A stretch of 64,000 nt of DNA from positions 260 through 64,259 of the forward strand of contig JBDSBG010000005.1 of the NCBI GenBank assembly GCA_039921685.1, given 5' to 3'. The position numbers and the translations under genes were made by a program. Within the stretch, counting starts at the first letter, position 1, and every line of letters begins with the position of its first letter. Below, in pieces: positions 49,222 to 59,788 of this stretch. Below the pieces are notes generated by a model. That model was given only the letters and a program-made list of their open reading frames with translations, did not search any database and was not told where the DNA came from. Source of the DNA: Ferruginibacter sp. Lineage in GTDB: Bacteria > Bacteroidota > Bacteroidia > Chitinophagales > Chitinophagaceae.

Positions 49222-49534
49222 ACATTTTTGATTTAATTGTAAGTAATAGTAGAGTTCAGAGTTAGCGTTGGAACAACAATCGCTTAGAAAGCACCCCTAT
49301 AGTTGATCAGGTTATAAGCATGCAGGCCAGCTAAGGCAAATGTGTTTAAAGATTCAATTAATTAAACGTAGCACTTTTAAGGAGCATTAAAGAGTCGTGA
49401 ACGGTATAGTTACGAGGAATGTTTTATGCTGGTTTTAACAAAACAACTAATCTTTAGGGCCATTTTATATTTTTAAAAATCCAAATCCCGGCATTGAACA
49501 TTCCCGTAGATAAGTTCTCCTAAATTTTTATTGT

Positions 49535-51864
49535 ATGAATGAACTATACAAAGCAGGATGTTCATTTTTCTTTCTTGTCAGGAATAAAAAATACCATTTT
49601 GCTATTATCATTTTGACAATGTTATTTTCTGTGTCAGCAAGCTATTCATATAGCCAGGATATTATTCAAGGGAAAGTAGTAGATGAAAAAACTTCACAGC
49701 CATTGGAAGCAGCAACTGTCACTTTATTGCCATTAAAAACTGCAGTGACCACAAATGCACTCGGAAACTTTATTTTCAAAAAGGTCAAACCAGCCGACCA
49801 ATACAGCATTGTTATTTCCTCCATTGGTTATGAAACCAAATTAATACCTCTTGAAAGTTTACAAAGTAGTGCTGATGTGGTAAGGCTTTCTCCTCAACAA
49901 ATAGAACTTAAGGCTGTAAATGTTTCAAGCCAAAATGGTGAGCAATACAAACCCATAAGTAAAACTGACATAGCAATGCGTGGGGTTAATAACTCACAGG
50001 AAATACTGCGGATCATACCCGGGATCGTAATTGGTCAACACCAGGGCGGGGGAAAGGCGGAACAAATATTTTTGCGTGGTTTTGATGCCGATCATGGTAC
50101 GGATTTTCGGCTCGACGTAGATGGCATACCAATTAATATGGTTTCACATGCGCATGGGCAGGGTTTTGCGGACAGTCATTTTATCATTCCTGAAACAATA
50201 GATTATGTGGATTTTAAAAAAGGGCCATACATGGCATCAAAAGGAGATTTTGCGACAACAGGTTTCGTTGATTTTACAACTAAGAATTCATTAAAAGAAA
50301 ATGTTGTAAAAATTGAGGGTGGACAGTTTAATACATACCGATTGATGAGTATGTTCAATTTGCTGGATAAAAAAACAAAACAAAGGGAACAAAACTGGTA
50401 TGTTGCCACGGAATACAGATACGCAGATGCTTACTTTGATCATCCCCAATATTTTAATCGTTTTAATTTATTTACGAAATATAATGGAAAGATTGCTCCG
50501 CGTAGTTATGTTACTTTGTCTGCTTCAACATTCTGGAGCAAATGGAATGCATCCGGACAAATACCTGGCAGGGCAGTAGATAAGGGCATTGTTAATTTCT
50601 TTGGCGCCATTGATCCACATGAAGGCGGAGTAACATCACGTACAAATATCAATTTTCAGTTGCGAACCTCGTTCAGCAATGGAGATATTTTACTCAACCA
50701 GGTATTCTATTCGAATTCCCATTTCGACCTAAGCAGTAATTTCACCTTCTATCTTGAAGATTCTGTAAACGGAGATGAGATAAGACAGAAAGAAGCAAGA
50801 AATCTCCTGGGTTACAATGGGGCTTACACACATATTTCTTATTTAGGAAATACAAGGTTGACGACTGAGGTAGGTTTGCAATTAAGGAATGATATGATCA
50901 TGAATTCGGAATTATCTCACACAAAAGACCGGTTTACATTCTTGCATGGGATCAAGCTGGGCGACATAAATCAACTTTCAGTCTCCCCTTATGTAAGTGA
51001 AACATTTAAAGTTAGTGAACGTTTTAGTATCAATGCCGGATTGCGTTTCGATCAGTTTTTTTATAAATACAAAAATAAACTGGAAGCGGATTCAACGCTC
51101 CCTGGCATTGGTATTTACAAAACAAAAGCAAATACATTCAGTCCGAAACTAAATTTAGCTTACCATCTCAATAATTCATTTCAATTTTATTTAACTACGG
51201 GTAGGGGATATCATTCCAACGATGCCAGGAGTGCTGTTGCGGAAAATGGATATTTAAGTTTGCCGGCTGCTTATAGTGCCGATTTAGGTACCGTTTTTAA
51301 ACCAACTAAAAATATCATCATCAACATTGCCAGCTGGTATATTTATCTGAGGCAGGAATTTGTGTATAGTGGTGATGGCGGATTTGTGGAATTCAACGGT
51401 AAGACAAGAAGGTTGGTTTTGATTTTTCTGGTAGGTATGCACCCTTTAAGTCTTTCTATTTTGACGTTGACCTAAACTACGCACATGCCCGTGCGGTCGA
51501 CAATCCTGCTGGTTCAGATTATATACCCCTTGCACCCGTATGGACGAGCAGTGCCGGTCTAACTTACACGGGTAAACGAGGTTTTACAGGAAGTTTCCGA
51601 TATCGTTATGTAGGGGCCCGCTCCGCCAATGAAGATTATAGCCGTATTGCAAAAGGTTATTTCATTACTGATGCCGTCATCAATTTCACAAAGGCCCGTT
51701 ATGAGATCGGTCTTAATGTAAATAATGTATTCAACACACGTTGGAAAGAAACACAGTTCGATACAAGAAGCCGGTTAAAAAACGAAGCTGCTGCGATTGA
51801 AGAAATCTGCTTTACACCTGGAACCCCTTTTGCTTCTAAGCTGAGTTTTACTTACAAGTTTTGA
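49535..51864 (+). pseudogene. TonB-dependent receptor split by one frameshift
   Basis: Carboxypeptidase-like N-terminus and plug (HQGGGKAEQIFLRGFD..HG; VSHAHGQG). After about 51413 the other frame continues GFDFSGRY...KLSFTYKF* to TGA 51862-51864, ending in the barrel C-terminal Phe. Confidence 0.85.
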
Positions 51865-51942
51865 CAAGGGCTGAATTCCCATACTTAATTTTAGCAGCAC
51901 CGCTTTTCCAATCGCTGCCGTGGTTTTCGTACATTTGTATCA

Positions 51943-53289
51943 ATGACAAACAATTTTATTTCGTTTGATGATCTTAATGTAAGCACGCCTTTACTGAATG
52001 CACTGACTGATTTGGGGTATTCAGTTCCCACCACCATACAACATAAAACTTTTGCTGCAGCAATGTCGGGCGCAGATATTTGCGGCATTGCCCAAACCGG
52101 TACTGGAAAAACAATAGCTTATCTTTTACCTTGCCTTCGGCAATGGAAATTTTCGAAAGAAAAATCACCCCAGATTTTAATTGTGGTACCTACCAGGGAA
52201 CTGGCGGTGCAGGTTAAAGAAGCGATACATAAACTAACGGCTTATATGAACGTAGTTGCAGTCGCAGTATATGGTGGTGTAAATATCAACACACAAAAAT
52301 TATCCGTTGAACAAAAAACAGATATAATTATTGCTACTCCTGGGCGATTGTTCGATCTGGTTATGAATGGTTCACTGAAGTTAAAATCAATAAAGAAGTT
52401 GGTCATTGATGAGGTGGATGAAATGCTGAATCTTGGTTTTCGTACTCAACTAAAAAACATACTGGACCTGCTCCCTGAAAAAAGGCAGAACCTGTTATTT
52501 TCTGCAACCATCACAGATGATGTGGAAGAATTGATGCGATTGTATTTTGACAATCCCCTGAAAATTGAAGCCGCACCAACTGGTACGCCTTTGGAAAACG
52601 TACAACAGTATGCCTACGAGGTTCCTAATTTTTACTCAAAAGTTAACCTGCTGAAACTGTTACTTGCTGAAGATGAAAGCATGACAAAGTTATTGGTGTT
52701 TGTGGCAAGTAAGGCAATGGCAGACATGTTGTTTGAACAACTGCAACCTATGTACGAAGGAGTGGCCGGGGTTATCCATTCCAATAAGGAACAGAATCAT
52801 CGTTTCAACACGGTGAAACAATTTAAGGAAGGAACTTATCGCTTTATCATTGCCACCGATATTGTAGCCCGCGGAATTGATATTGCTGAAGTTTCTCACG
52901 TCATCAATTTTGATACACCTGATGTTGCTGAGAATTATATGCACCGAATCGGCAGAACAGGCCGTGCAGATAAACCTGGGATTGCTATCACATTTATTTC
53001 TGAGAAAGAAGGAAAATTCCGCGATCAGATAGAAGGGCTTATGAATTATAAAATTCCAGTCCGTAGTTTACCAGCACATCTTGAAATTTCAGAAAGGCTC
53101 ACCGACGATGAAACGCCTAAAGTGTACATGAAAGAACTTTCTGTGAAAATCCCGAAGAAAGAAGAAAGAGGGGCCTCGTTTCATGAGAAGTCGGCAAAGA
53201 ATCAGAAAGTAAATGTTGTGATCAGCAGGAAAGACAGGATGATGAAAAAATACGGGAAGCCGTTGACGAGAGGGCAGAAAAGAAAATGA
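51943..53289 (+). CDS. DEAD-box RNA helicase
   Basis: Q motif, AQTGTGKT, PTRELA, TPGRL, DEVD, SAT, ARGID, HRIGRTGRA. Confidence 0.95.
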   Translation: MTNNFISFDDLNVSTPLLNALTDLGYSVPTTIQHKTFAAAMSGADICGIAQTGTGKTIAYLLPCLRQWKFSKEKSPQILIVVPTRELAVQVKEAIHKLTAYMNVVAVAVYGGVNINTQKLSVEQKTDIIIATPGRLFDLVMNGSLKLKSIKKLVIDEVDEMLNLGFRTQLKNILDLLPEKRQNLLFSATITDDVEELMRLYFDNPLKIEAAPTGTPLENVQQYAYEVPNFYSKVNLLKLLLAEDESMTKLLVFVASKAMADMLFEQLQPMYEGVAGVIHSNKEQNHRFNTVKQFKEGTYRFIIATDIVARGIDIAEVSHVINFDTPDVAENYMHRIGRTGRADKPGIAITFISEKEGKFRDQIEGLMNYKIPVRSLPAHLEISERLTDDETPKVYMKELSVKIPKKEERGASFHEKSAKNQKVNVVISRKDRMMKKYGKPLTRGQKRK

Positions 53290-53666
53290 ATGCTGGGTTT
53301 AGCATTCCGGGTTGTCTCTGTGATTCCCATTTTGATAAATAAAATTTCAACTTTCACCCAACCGTTTGTCTCTCCTTGTGGGTTATGGTAAGAGAGAGAG
53401 ACGAAGCTGATACTTAAATTTTAGCCAATGTCTATTCATGCCCGCTTTAAAATCCCACTCAAGACTGTTTGTTCAAAGTAAGGGTTTATTGAACGGCAAA
53501 TGAAAATGAAAAGCACTTCATTTCATTTTCCCATAATCAGATCCTGCATTTAATTCTACGCCGGGGCGAAATATTATGAAACAAGTGATTAAGAAGCAAT
53601 CGAATCAAAAAAAATAACTATATTTCTAGGATAATTTAACCGGCCATGCCAAATCATTAACTGCAT

Positions 53667-54083
53667 ATGAAAGAAAATCCCATTGTTATTGTTGAAGACA
53701 ATATGGATGATTGCCAGTTTCTTACACAGGCGTTGACTGTAGTGGGTGTACAAAACCCATTGAGGTGTTTTGATAATGCGGTTGCGGCTCTTGAATATTT
53801 AAGGTCAACTGAAGAAATACCCTTTCTTATTATAAGTGATATAAGTATGCCTTTAATGGATGGACTGGAATTAAAACGAACGATCGAAGCCGATGAAAAA
53901 TTAAGTGCGAAAAAAATCCCTTTTATATTACTTTCAACATTACCGCCATCGTTCCATATTAAGGAAATCGAAAAATTATCGGTACAGGGTCACTTTAAAA
54001 AGCCGGTAAAATTTGATGACCTGATTCACATCGTTCGTTCTATTATTGATAGCTGGACCAGGGTAGAATCAATGGCTAGTTAA
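53667..54083 (+). CDS. Stand-alone response regulator receiver protein
   Basis: IVEDN, IISDISMPLMDG, FKKP; no output domain. Confidence 0.9.
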   Translation: MKENPIVIVEDNMDDCQFLTQALTVVGVQNPLRCFDNAVAALEYLRSTEEIPFLIISDISMPLMDGLELKRTIEADEKLSAKKIPFILLSTLPPSFHIKEIEKLSVQGHFKKPVKFDDLIHIVRSIIDSWTRVESMAS

Positions 54084-54325
54084 TAATGAATGATGTCTTC
54101 ACAATCCCTATTTCATTTGTAAAAATAATCGAAGAACAATCCGGAAGAAACTTTCTACCGGTCATGCTTATATAGTTGCGGTTTTTGTTTGAGAGAATGA
54201 ACAAGTTGTTTTCAGAAACGAGGGCTATGCAAACCTCGCGGAATTGGGGTTTTGTGATGGGTTACCTTTTGCACGAAAATGTAATTAACAGCAGGCCGCC
54301 TACATCAATCAGAAAAGATAAACAC

Positions 54326-55447
54326 ATGAATTTTCCTGCTATTGCCATCAAACAAATTGAGATTTATAAATCACCTATTAGACTAAAAGAAACCTTTATC
54401 ACTTCACTGGGGCCATTGGATTATGCACAGAATGTTGTTGTCGTTATCCACACTGATAAAAATATTACGGGTTTTGGAGAATGCAGTCCTTTTATGACGA
54501 TCAATGGCGAAAGTATAGATACCTGTTTCGTTGTTGCAGCATATCTGGCGAAGATATTAGTTGGGAAAAATGCCCTGCACATTGAAGCGTGCTCAGCGGC
54601 AATGGATAAGGTCATTTATGGGAATTCGAGTATCAAAAGTGCTTTTGATATTGCCCTACATGATATTGCTGCACAAAATGCGGAACTACCTTTATATGCT
54701 TTTCTCGGAGGAAAAAATAACAAGACGCTCATTACCGATTACACTGTTAGCATTGGTGCCCCAGCAAAAATGGCGAATGATGCCTTGAAGATAAAAAATA
54801 ATGGCTTCAGGTTTATTAAAGTAAAATTAGGCGAAAGCAAGGAAACGGATGTTGAAAGAATCAGGCTGATATCAGAAGCGGTTGGCCCAGCCTTACCACT
54901 ACGTATAGATGCTAACCAGGGATGGAGCACAGAAGATGCTATTACAATATTAAATGCACTTTCAATTTTCAATATACAATATTGTGAAGAACCAATAGCA
55001 CGCTGGAATTTTATGGAACTTTCAAAAGTAAAAGCACAAAGCCCGATCCCTATTATGGCAGATGAATGTTGTTGTGATCAGCATGATGCAAAGCGATTGA
55101 TTAGCCTTTCTGCATGCGACATGTTTAATATTAAGCTTGGAAAATCGTCCGGCATTTTTAAAGCACAAAAAATAATCAGGCTTGCTGAACCTGCCGGGAT
55201 AAAAATGCAGTTGGGCGGTTTCCTCGAATCCCGCCTGGCTTTCACAGCTGCAGCACATCTTGCATTGACCAGTGATGCTATCCTTCATTATGATTTCGAT
55301 ACGCCATTGATGTTTATGGAAGATCCTGTAATTGCTGGTATTACCTACGACAATCATGGGCTGATATCGCTGCCCGAACAAAATGGCCTGGGTGCAAGCA
55401 TTGACGAATCGTATTTGAAACAGCTTGAAAAGAAAATTATCAAATAA
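54326..55447 (+). CDS. Enolase-superfamily dipeptide epimerase (L-Ala-D/L-Glu epimerase-like)
   Basis: GFGE, KVK, DAN, EEP, DE, NIKLGK motifs; start set at MNFPA. Confidence 0.88.
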   Translation: MNFPAIAIKQIEIYKSPIRLKETFITSLGPLDYAQNVVVVIHTDKNITGFGECSPFMTINGESIDTCFVVAAYLAKILVGKNALHIEACSAAMDKVIYGNSSIKSAFDIALHDIAAQNAELPLYAFLGGKNNKTLITDYTVSIGAPAKMANDALKIKNNGFRFIKVKLGESKETDVERIRLISEAVGPALPLRIDANQGWSTEDAITILNALSIFNIQYCEEPIARWNFMELSKVKAQSPIPIMADECCCDQHDAKRLISLSACDMFNIKLGKSSGIFKAQKIIRLAEPAGIKMQLGGFLESRLAFTAAAHLALTSDAILHYDFDTPLMFMEDPVIAGITYDNHGLISLPEQNGLGASIDESYLKQLEKKIIK

Positions 55448-56142
55448 TGACGATGCCGAAGATCCTTAAAAAAGTATTTAAATACAGTACAGTTTCTGTG
55501 CTTTGCTTTATCGCTTTTATCCTGCTATATCTGTTGTCGGCTTTTTGCTTATCAAGGATCACCGTTGAAAAAGAAACCGGAGCTGCCAATGAGGTTACTA
55601 TTTTTATAAAAACAAACGGTGTTCATACGGATCTTGTGTTACCTGTAAAAAATGAACTGGTAGACTGGAGCCGTGAGATCAGGTTTGAGCATACACATCT
55701 CACGGATTCGGCGATGCTGAAATATGTTGCCATGGGTTGGGGTGATAAGGGATTTTACCTCGAAACACCCTCTTGGTCTGATCTAAAATTCAGCACTGCA
55801 TTCAACGCAACATTTGCTTTAGGCAACACCGCTATTCATGCAACATTTTATAACGACATGGTTGAAAATGAATCCTGCAGGAAGATCATCATCAGTGCCA
55901 ATCAATATAAAAGACTTATCAATTACATTAATGAAAGTTTTCTGCATGATGATGCCGGGCATATTAAGAAGATCCAAACGAATGCGAACTACGGAAACAA
56001 CGATGCATTTTACGAAGCAAACGGGAGTTATAGTCTGTTCCAGACCTGTAATACATGGGCAAACACAGGGTTAAAAAAATGCGGGCAAAAAGCTTGTTTA
56101 TGGACGGCTTTTGATACTAGTATATTTCTAAAATATAAATAA
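55447..56142 (+). CDS. TIGR02117/DUF2459-like protein
   Basis: NGVHTDLVLP, GWGDKGFYLETP, FYEANGSY..TCNTW. Confidence 0.8.
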   Translation: MTMPKILKKVFKYSTVSVLCFIAFILLYLLSAFCLSRITVEKETGAANEVTIFIKTNGVHTDLVLPVKNELVDWSREIRFEHTHLTDSAMLKYVAMGWGDKGFYLETPSWSDLKFSTAFNATFALGNTAIHATFYNDMVENESCRKIIISANQYKRLINYINESFLHDDAGHIKKIQTNANYGNNDAFYEANGSYSLFQTCNTWANTGLKKCGQKACLWTAFDTSIFLKYK

Positions 56143-56208
56143 GCATCTAACCAAACTCTCTGGTATTTAGTGACGATATCTCCCAAAATTCTAAAAATAA
56201 TTTTTTGC

Positions 56209-56251
56209 GTAGTCAAATAACTACACATATATTTGTAGTCAAATAGCTACA
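56209..56251 (+). promoter_or_regulatory. Operator pair flanking the -7 box of the ArsR-SRPBCC operon
   Basis: GTAGTCAAATA(A/G)CTACA at 56209-56225 and 56235-56251, each semi-palindromic, around TATATTTG at 56228-56235. Confidence 0.75.
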
Positions 56252-56252
56252 T

Positions 56253-56576
56253 ATGAATTTAAGACGTGACGTTTTCCAGGCCATTGCAGATCCCACCAGA
56301 AGAGCAATACTTTTATTGGTAGCCTCACAGTCGATGACAGCCGGGGCAATAGCATCCAACTTTGACAGCGCAAGGCCAACAGTTTCCAAACACCTGCAAA
56401 TACTTACCGAGTGTGAATTGCTTATGCCAGAACAAAACGGCAGGGAGATTTCCTACTCTATCCATGCTAAGAATATGAAAGAAGTGGCCGACTTCATTGA
56501 ACCATTTCGCCAGATGTGGGACGACAGGTTCAATAAACTGGAAAGCATCATGAAAAAATACAAACCAAAAAAATAA
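56253..56576 (+). CDS. ArsR/SmtB-family transcriptional regulator
   Basis: [28 protein letters not shown]; no obvious metal-site Cys. Confidence 0.92.
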   Translation: MNLRRDVFQAIADPTRRAILLLVASQSMTAGAIASNFDSARPTVSKHLQILTECELLMPEQNGREISYSIHAKNMKEVADFIEPFRQMWDDRFNKLESIMKKYKPKK

Positions 56577-56582
56577 ACAGGG

Positions 56583-57062
56583 ATGGAACGAAAAACTAAG
56601 ATCAGTGCCGAGGACGGCAAACAGGAATTGATAGTTACGAGGGAATTTGATCTGCCCGTGCAATTACTTTTTAAGGCCTATGAAGATTCCGAAATTGTTG
56701 AGCAGTGGATGGGAACCAAGGTGCTGAAACTCGAAAATAAAAAGCACGGAAGTTACCAGTTTGAAACAACAGATCCTAAAGGAAACAGGCATAGGTTTAA
56801 TGGAGCAATTCATGAATTTATAAAAAATCAAAAGATCACCCGAACATTTGAAATGGAGAATACGCCTTTTGCCGTTCAACTTGAGTTCCTGGAATTTGAA
56901 AGGCTAACCGATGTTAGCAGCAAACTTACCATGCAAATCATATATAAATCAGTTGCGCTAAGGGATCAAATGCTTCAGTTACCTTTTGCCCAGGGAATTA
57001 ACATGGCGCACAACAGGCTGCAAGAGCTGGGAAGTAAACTGGCCTCCGGGCAGGCAGATTAA
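56583..57062 (+). CDS. SRPBCC (AHSA1-like) domain protein
   Basis: ELIVTREFDLPVQLLFKAY..EQWMG, ITRTFEME. Confidence 0.88.
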   Translation: MERKTKISAEDGKQELIVTREFDLPVQLLFKAYEDSEIVEQWMGTKVLKLENKKHGSYQFETTDPKGNRHRFNGAIHEFIKNQKITRTFEMENTPFAVQLEFLEFERLTDVSSKLTMQIIYKSVALRDQMLQLPFAQGINMAHNRLQELGSKLASGQAD

Positions 57063-57072
57063 AAAACGCAAC

Positions 57073-57465
57073 ATGATCAAAAGAAATAAAATCATTTACT
57101 GGATTGCAACTGCCTGGCTTGCATTGGGTATGTTATCAACAGCAATTGTACAACTATTGAAAGTGAAGGAAGAAGCCGGCCTTTTTGCACAGCTTGGTTA
57201 TCCTGGTTATCTCATGACATTGCTTGCAATCTGGAAATTTCTTGGTGTTGGAGCAGTGCTTATTCCTAAATTCCCATTATTAAAGGAATGGGCTTATGCA
57301 GGCTTTTTCTTTGCAATGTCAGGTGCTGTCATTTCTCATTTGGTAATTGGAAATGGAGCGAGCGAACTTTTTGGGCCACTGTTATTAATATTACTAACCA
57401 TCCTCTCCTGGTATTTCCGGCCTGCGAGCAGAAAGATGAATCCTGTCAATTTAATAAATGAATAG
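57073..57465 (+). CDS. DoxX-family membrane protein
   Basis: LGYPGYL, LKEWAYAGFFF..SGA..SH; start set at MIKRN. Confidence 0.88.
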   Translation: MIKRNKIIYWIATAWLALGMLSTAIVQLLKVKEEAGLFAQLGYPGYLMTLLAIWKFLGVGAVLIPKFPLLKEWAYAGFFFAMSGAVISHLVIGNGASELFGPLLLILLTILSWYFRPASRKMNPVNLINE

Positions 57466-58045
57466 TATGAACCCAAAAGTTGACTTTTATTTTGACAAAG
57501 CCCAACAATGGCAATCAGCATTTCAACTTTTGAGGAAGATCATTCTCGACTTTGGATTGGCAGAAGAATTAAAATGGGGACATCCTTGTTACAGCTATCA
57601 AAATGCAAATATTGTTTTGATGCATGGGTTCAAGGAATATTGTGCATTGCTTTTTTTCAAGGGGGTTTTGTTGAATGATCCGAATGGTATTCTTATTCAA
57701 CAAACAAAAAATGTACAGGCTGCCAGGCAGGCCAGGTTCACAAATGTAAAAGAGATCGGTAAGGCTAAGCTTATTTTGAAAGCTTATATTTATGAAGCAA
57801 TTGAAGTGGAAAAAGCCGGTTTAAAAGTAAAATTAAAAAAAACGGCAGCATACAAAATGCCTGGCGAGCTTAAGAAGAAGTTAGATGAAATACCTGCCTT
57901 GAAAATCGCATTTGATGCATTGACTCCAGGGCGCCAAAGAGGTTATATATTGTATTTTTCAGAACCCAAACAAGCAAAAACACGGGAAGCACGGATCGAA
58001 AAATGTATAACCGCAATTTTAAAAGGCAAGGGATTAAATGATTAG
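57458..58045 (+). CDS. DUF1801 / YdeI-OmpD-associated family protein
   Basis: LKWGHPCY, FKEYCALLFFKG, LTPGRQRGY. Confidence 0.88.
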   Translation: MNSMNPKVDFYFDKAQQWQSAFQLLRKIILDFGLAEELKWGHPCYSYQNANIVLMHGFKEYCALLFFKGVLLNDPNGILIQQTKNVQAARQARFTNVKEIGKAKLILKAYIYEAIEVEKAGLKVKLKKTAAYKMPGELKKKLDEIPALKIAFDALTPGRQRGYILYFSEPKQAKTREARIEKCITAILKGKGLND

Positions 58046-58062
58046 CTCAAACAAATATCATC

Positions 58063-58638
58063 ATGAAAAAAAAGAATAACCTTGAAAAAAAATTGTCTGC
58101 AGCACAATCCAAAGACCTTATCAGCCTATTGAAAATTCGTTTTGAAAAAAACATGCATCTTCACAAAGGTATTGAATGGGCGAAAGTGCAGGCAAAGCTT
58201 GAAAACAATCCAGGCAAGCTCTGGTCGCTCAATGAAATGGAAGCGACTGGCGGTGAACCGGATGTTGTTGGGCATGACAACAAAACGGGCGAATACATTT
58301 TTTATGATTGTTCGGCAGAAAGCCCCAAAGGACGCAGAAGTGTTTGTTACGATGATGAAGCACTCGAAGCAAGGAAAGAACACAAACCAGCCGACAGTGC
58401 GATGAATATGGCTGCTGATATGGGCATAGAAATTTTAACTGAAGACCATTACCGGCATTTGCAACAACTTGGAGCTTTCGATTTGAAAACATCAAGCTGG
58501 ATCATAACGCCGGGCCCTATACGCAAACTTGGCGGCGCTTTGTTTTGTGATCGTCGATACAATACTGTCTTTCTTTATCATAATGGTGCGGAATCTTACT
58601 ATGCTGCCCGGGCATTTCGTGGGCTTATAAACGTTTAA
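58063..58638 (+). CDS. DUF4256-family protein
   Basis: RFEKNM, MEATGGEPDV, SPKGRRS.CYD, FDLKTSSW, GAESYYAARAFRG. Confidence 0.85.
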   Translation: MKKKNNLEKKLSAAQSKDLISLLKIRFEKNMHLHKGIEWAKVQAKLENNPGKLWSLNEMEATGGEPDVVGHDNKTGEYIFYDCSAESPKGRRSVCYDDEALEARKEHKPADSAMNMAADMGIEILTEDHYRHLQQLGAFDLKTSSWIITPGPIRKLGGALFCDRRYNTVFLYHNGAESYYAARAFRGLINV

Positions 58639-58649
58639 ATATAAAAACA

Positions 58650-59171
58650 GTGAAACCAATCGCTCTCTTATTTCTTCTATTCTTGTTAGGCAACTGTGGG
58701 CCGGGGCCAAAAGAAAAAATCTCCATTTATCATATTTATAAATTCGATAAACAGGTGATAGATAAACTTCCTGTTTATGACAGCCTCGTTGTCGCAATTT
58801 TAGAAAATGCTCCGTCACTTCATTCAAATATGAAAGAAAAAGATTCTTATCGTTCATACAGGTATATGCTTTATTCCGACAGCACTGAGCTATTCAAAAA
58901 ATTAACAGCGGAACAAGCCGGAAAGATCAATCGGTATTTTATGCAACTTGGAAAGAATTTTTTTTACGGTTTTGATTTGTTTAAAGACAGCAGCATTAAA
59001 ATTTATATCAGGAGCAGTATTTCGGAAAAGGACCAGGTAGAGATCAAAGAAAATCTATCCTATTACCCACCGGGAACCAAAATGAGTCGCAGAGAATTTC
59101 CCGCTAAAGATACGATCTTAAACAAAAACTGGCAGTACTGGATTGCATTTGATGAGCGGGAACTATTTTGA
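58650..59171 (+). CDS. Putative lipoprotein of unknown function
   Basis: GTG start, hydrophobic signal with LGNC lipobox. Confidence 0.55.
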   Translation: MKPIALLFLLFLLGNCGPGPKEKISIYHIYKFDKQVIDKLPVYDSLVVAILENAPSLHSNMKEKDSYRSYRYMLYSDSTELFKKLTAEQAGKINRYFMQLGKNFFYGFDLFKDSSIKIYIRSSISEKDQVEIKENLSYYPPGTKMSRREFPAKDTILNKNWQYWIAFDERELF

Positions 59172-59263
59172 AATATACATTCAGGCTTATATCTTTTGAT
59201 ATTTCGGAAAATTTACCCACCGAAAAAACACTTTATATTTATTGCTAAAACAACCTGCAAACT

Positions 59264-59755
59264 ATGATCATCTTTGAAGCCCTGGATCAAACGCATTGGC
59301 CAATCGTAAAAAAAATATATGAAGAAGGCATTGCTACCGGCAACGCAACCTTTCAGTTAGTTGCCCCTGAGTGGAGTGAGTGGGATAATAATCATCTGCT
59401 ACACAGCCGCATTATTGCGAAGGAAGCTGATACGATCCTTGGATGGGCCGCACTTACCCCCGTCTCAGGCAGGTGCATCTACGCCGGTGTTGCAGAAGTA
59501 AGTGTTTACGTAAGTGACAGTGCGAGGGGAAAAGGCTTTGGCAATTTATTATTGGAAAAATTAATAGAAGAAAGTGAGGCAAACAATACCTGGACACTGC
59601 AGGCAGGTATCTTTCCCGAAAATATGGCAAGCATCAGCCTACATAAAAAATATGGCTTCCGGGTTGTTGGCAGGAGAGAACGGATCGGAAAGATGAACGG
59701 TATTTGGCGGGATACAATGTTACTGGAAAGAAGGAGTGAAAAAGTTGGATTATAA
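59264..59755 (+). CDS. GNAT N-acetyltransferase (phosphinothricin/YncA-like)
   Basis: EGIATGNATF, AEVSVYV..ARGKGFG, EN.AS..LH.KYGFR, WRDT. Confidence 0.9.
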   Translation: MIIFEALDQTHWPIVKKIYEEGIATGNATFQLVAPEWSEWDNNHLLHSRIIAKEADTILGWAALTPVSGRCIYAGVAEVSVYVSDSARGKGFGNLLLEKLIEESEANNTWTLQAGIFPENMASISLHKKYGFRVVGRRERIGKMNGIWRDTMLLERRSEKVGL

Positions 59756-59788
59756 GGCTGAATTCAAACTTCACTTTTTATAAGGGGA

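Noticed and set aside
53340-53410. AG dinucleotide run and GTCTCTC/GAGAGAC inverted repeat after the RNA helicase
   Set aside because: Too short and weak to call a structured RNA or repeat element.
56253-56576. ArsR protein as an SmtB-like repressor of the metallothionein-like genes
   Set aside because: It is 24 kb away, lacks evident metal-site residues, and its operator sequence is not present at the peptide promoters.
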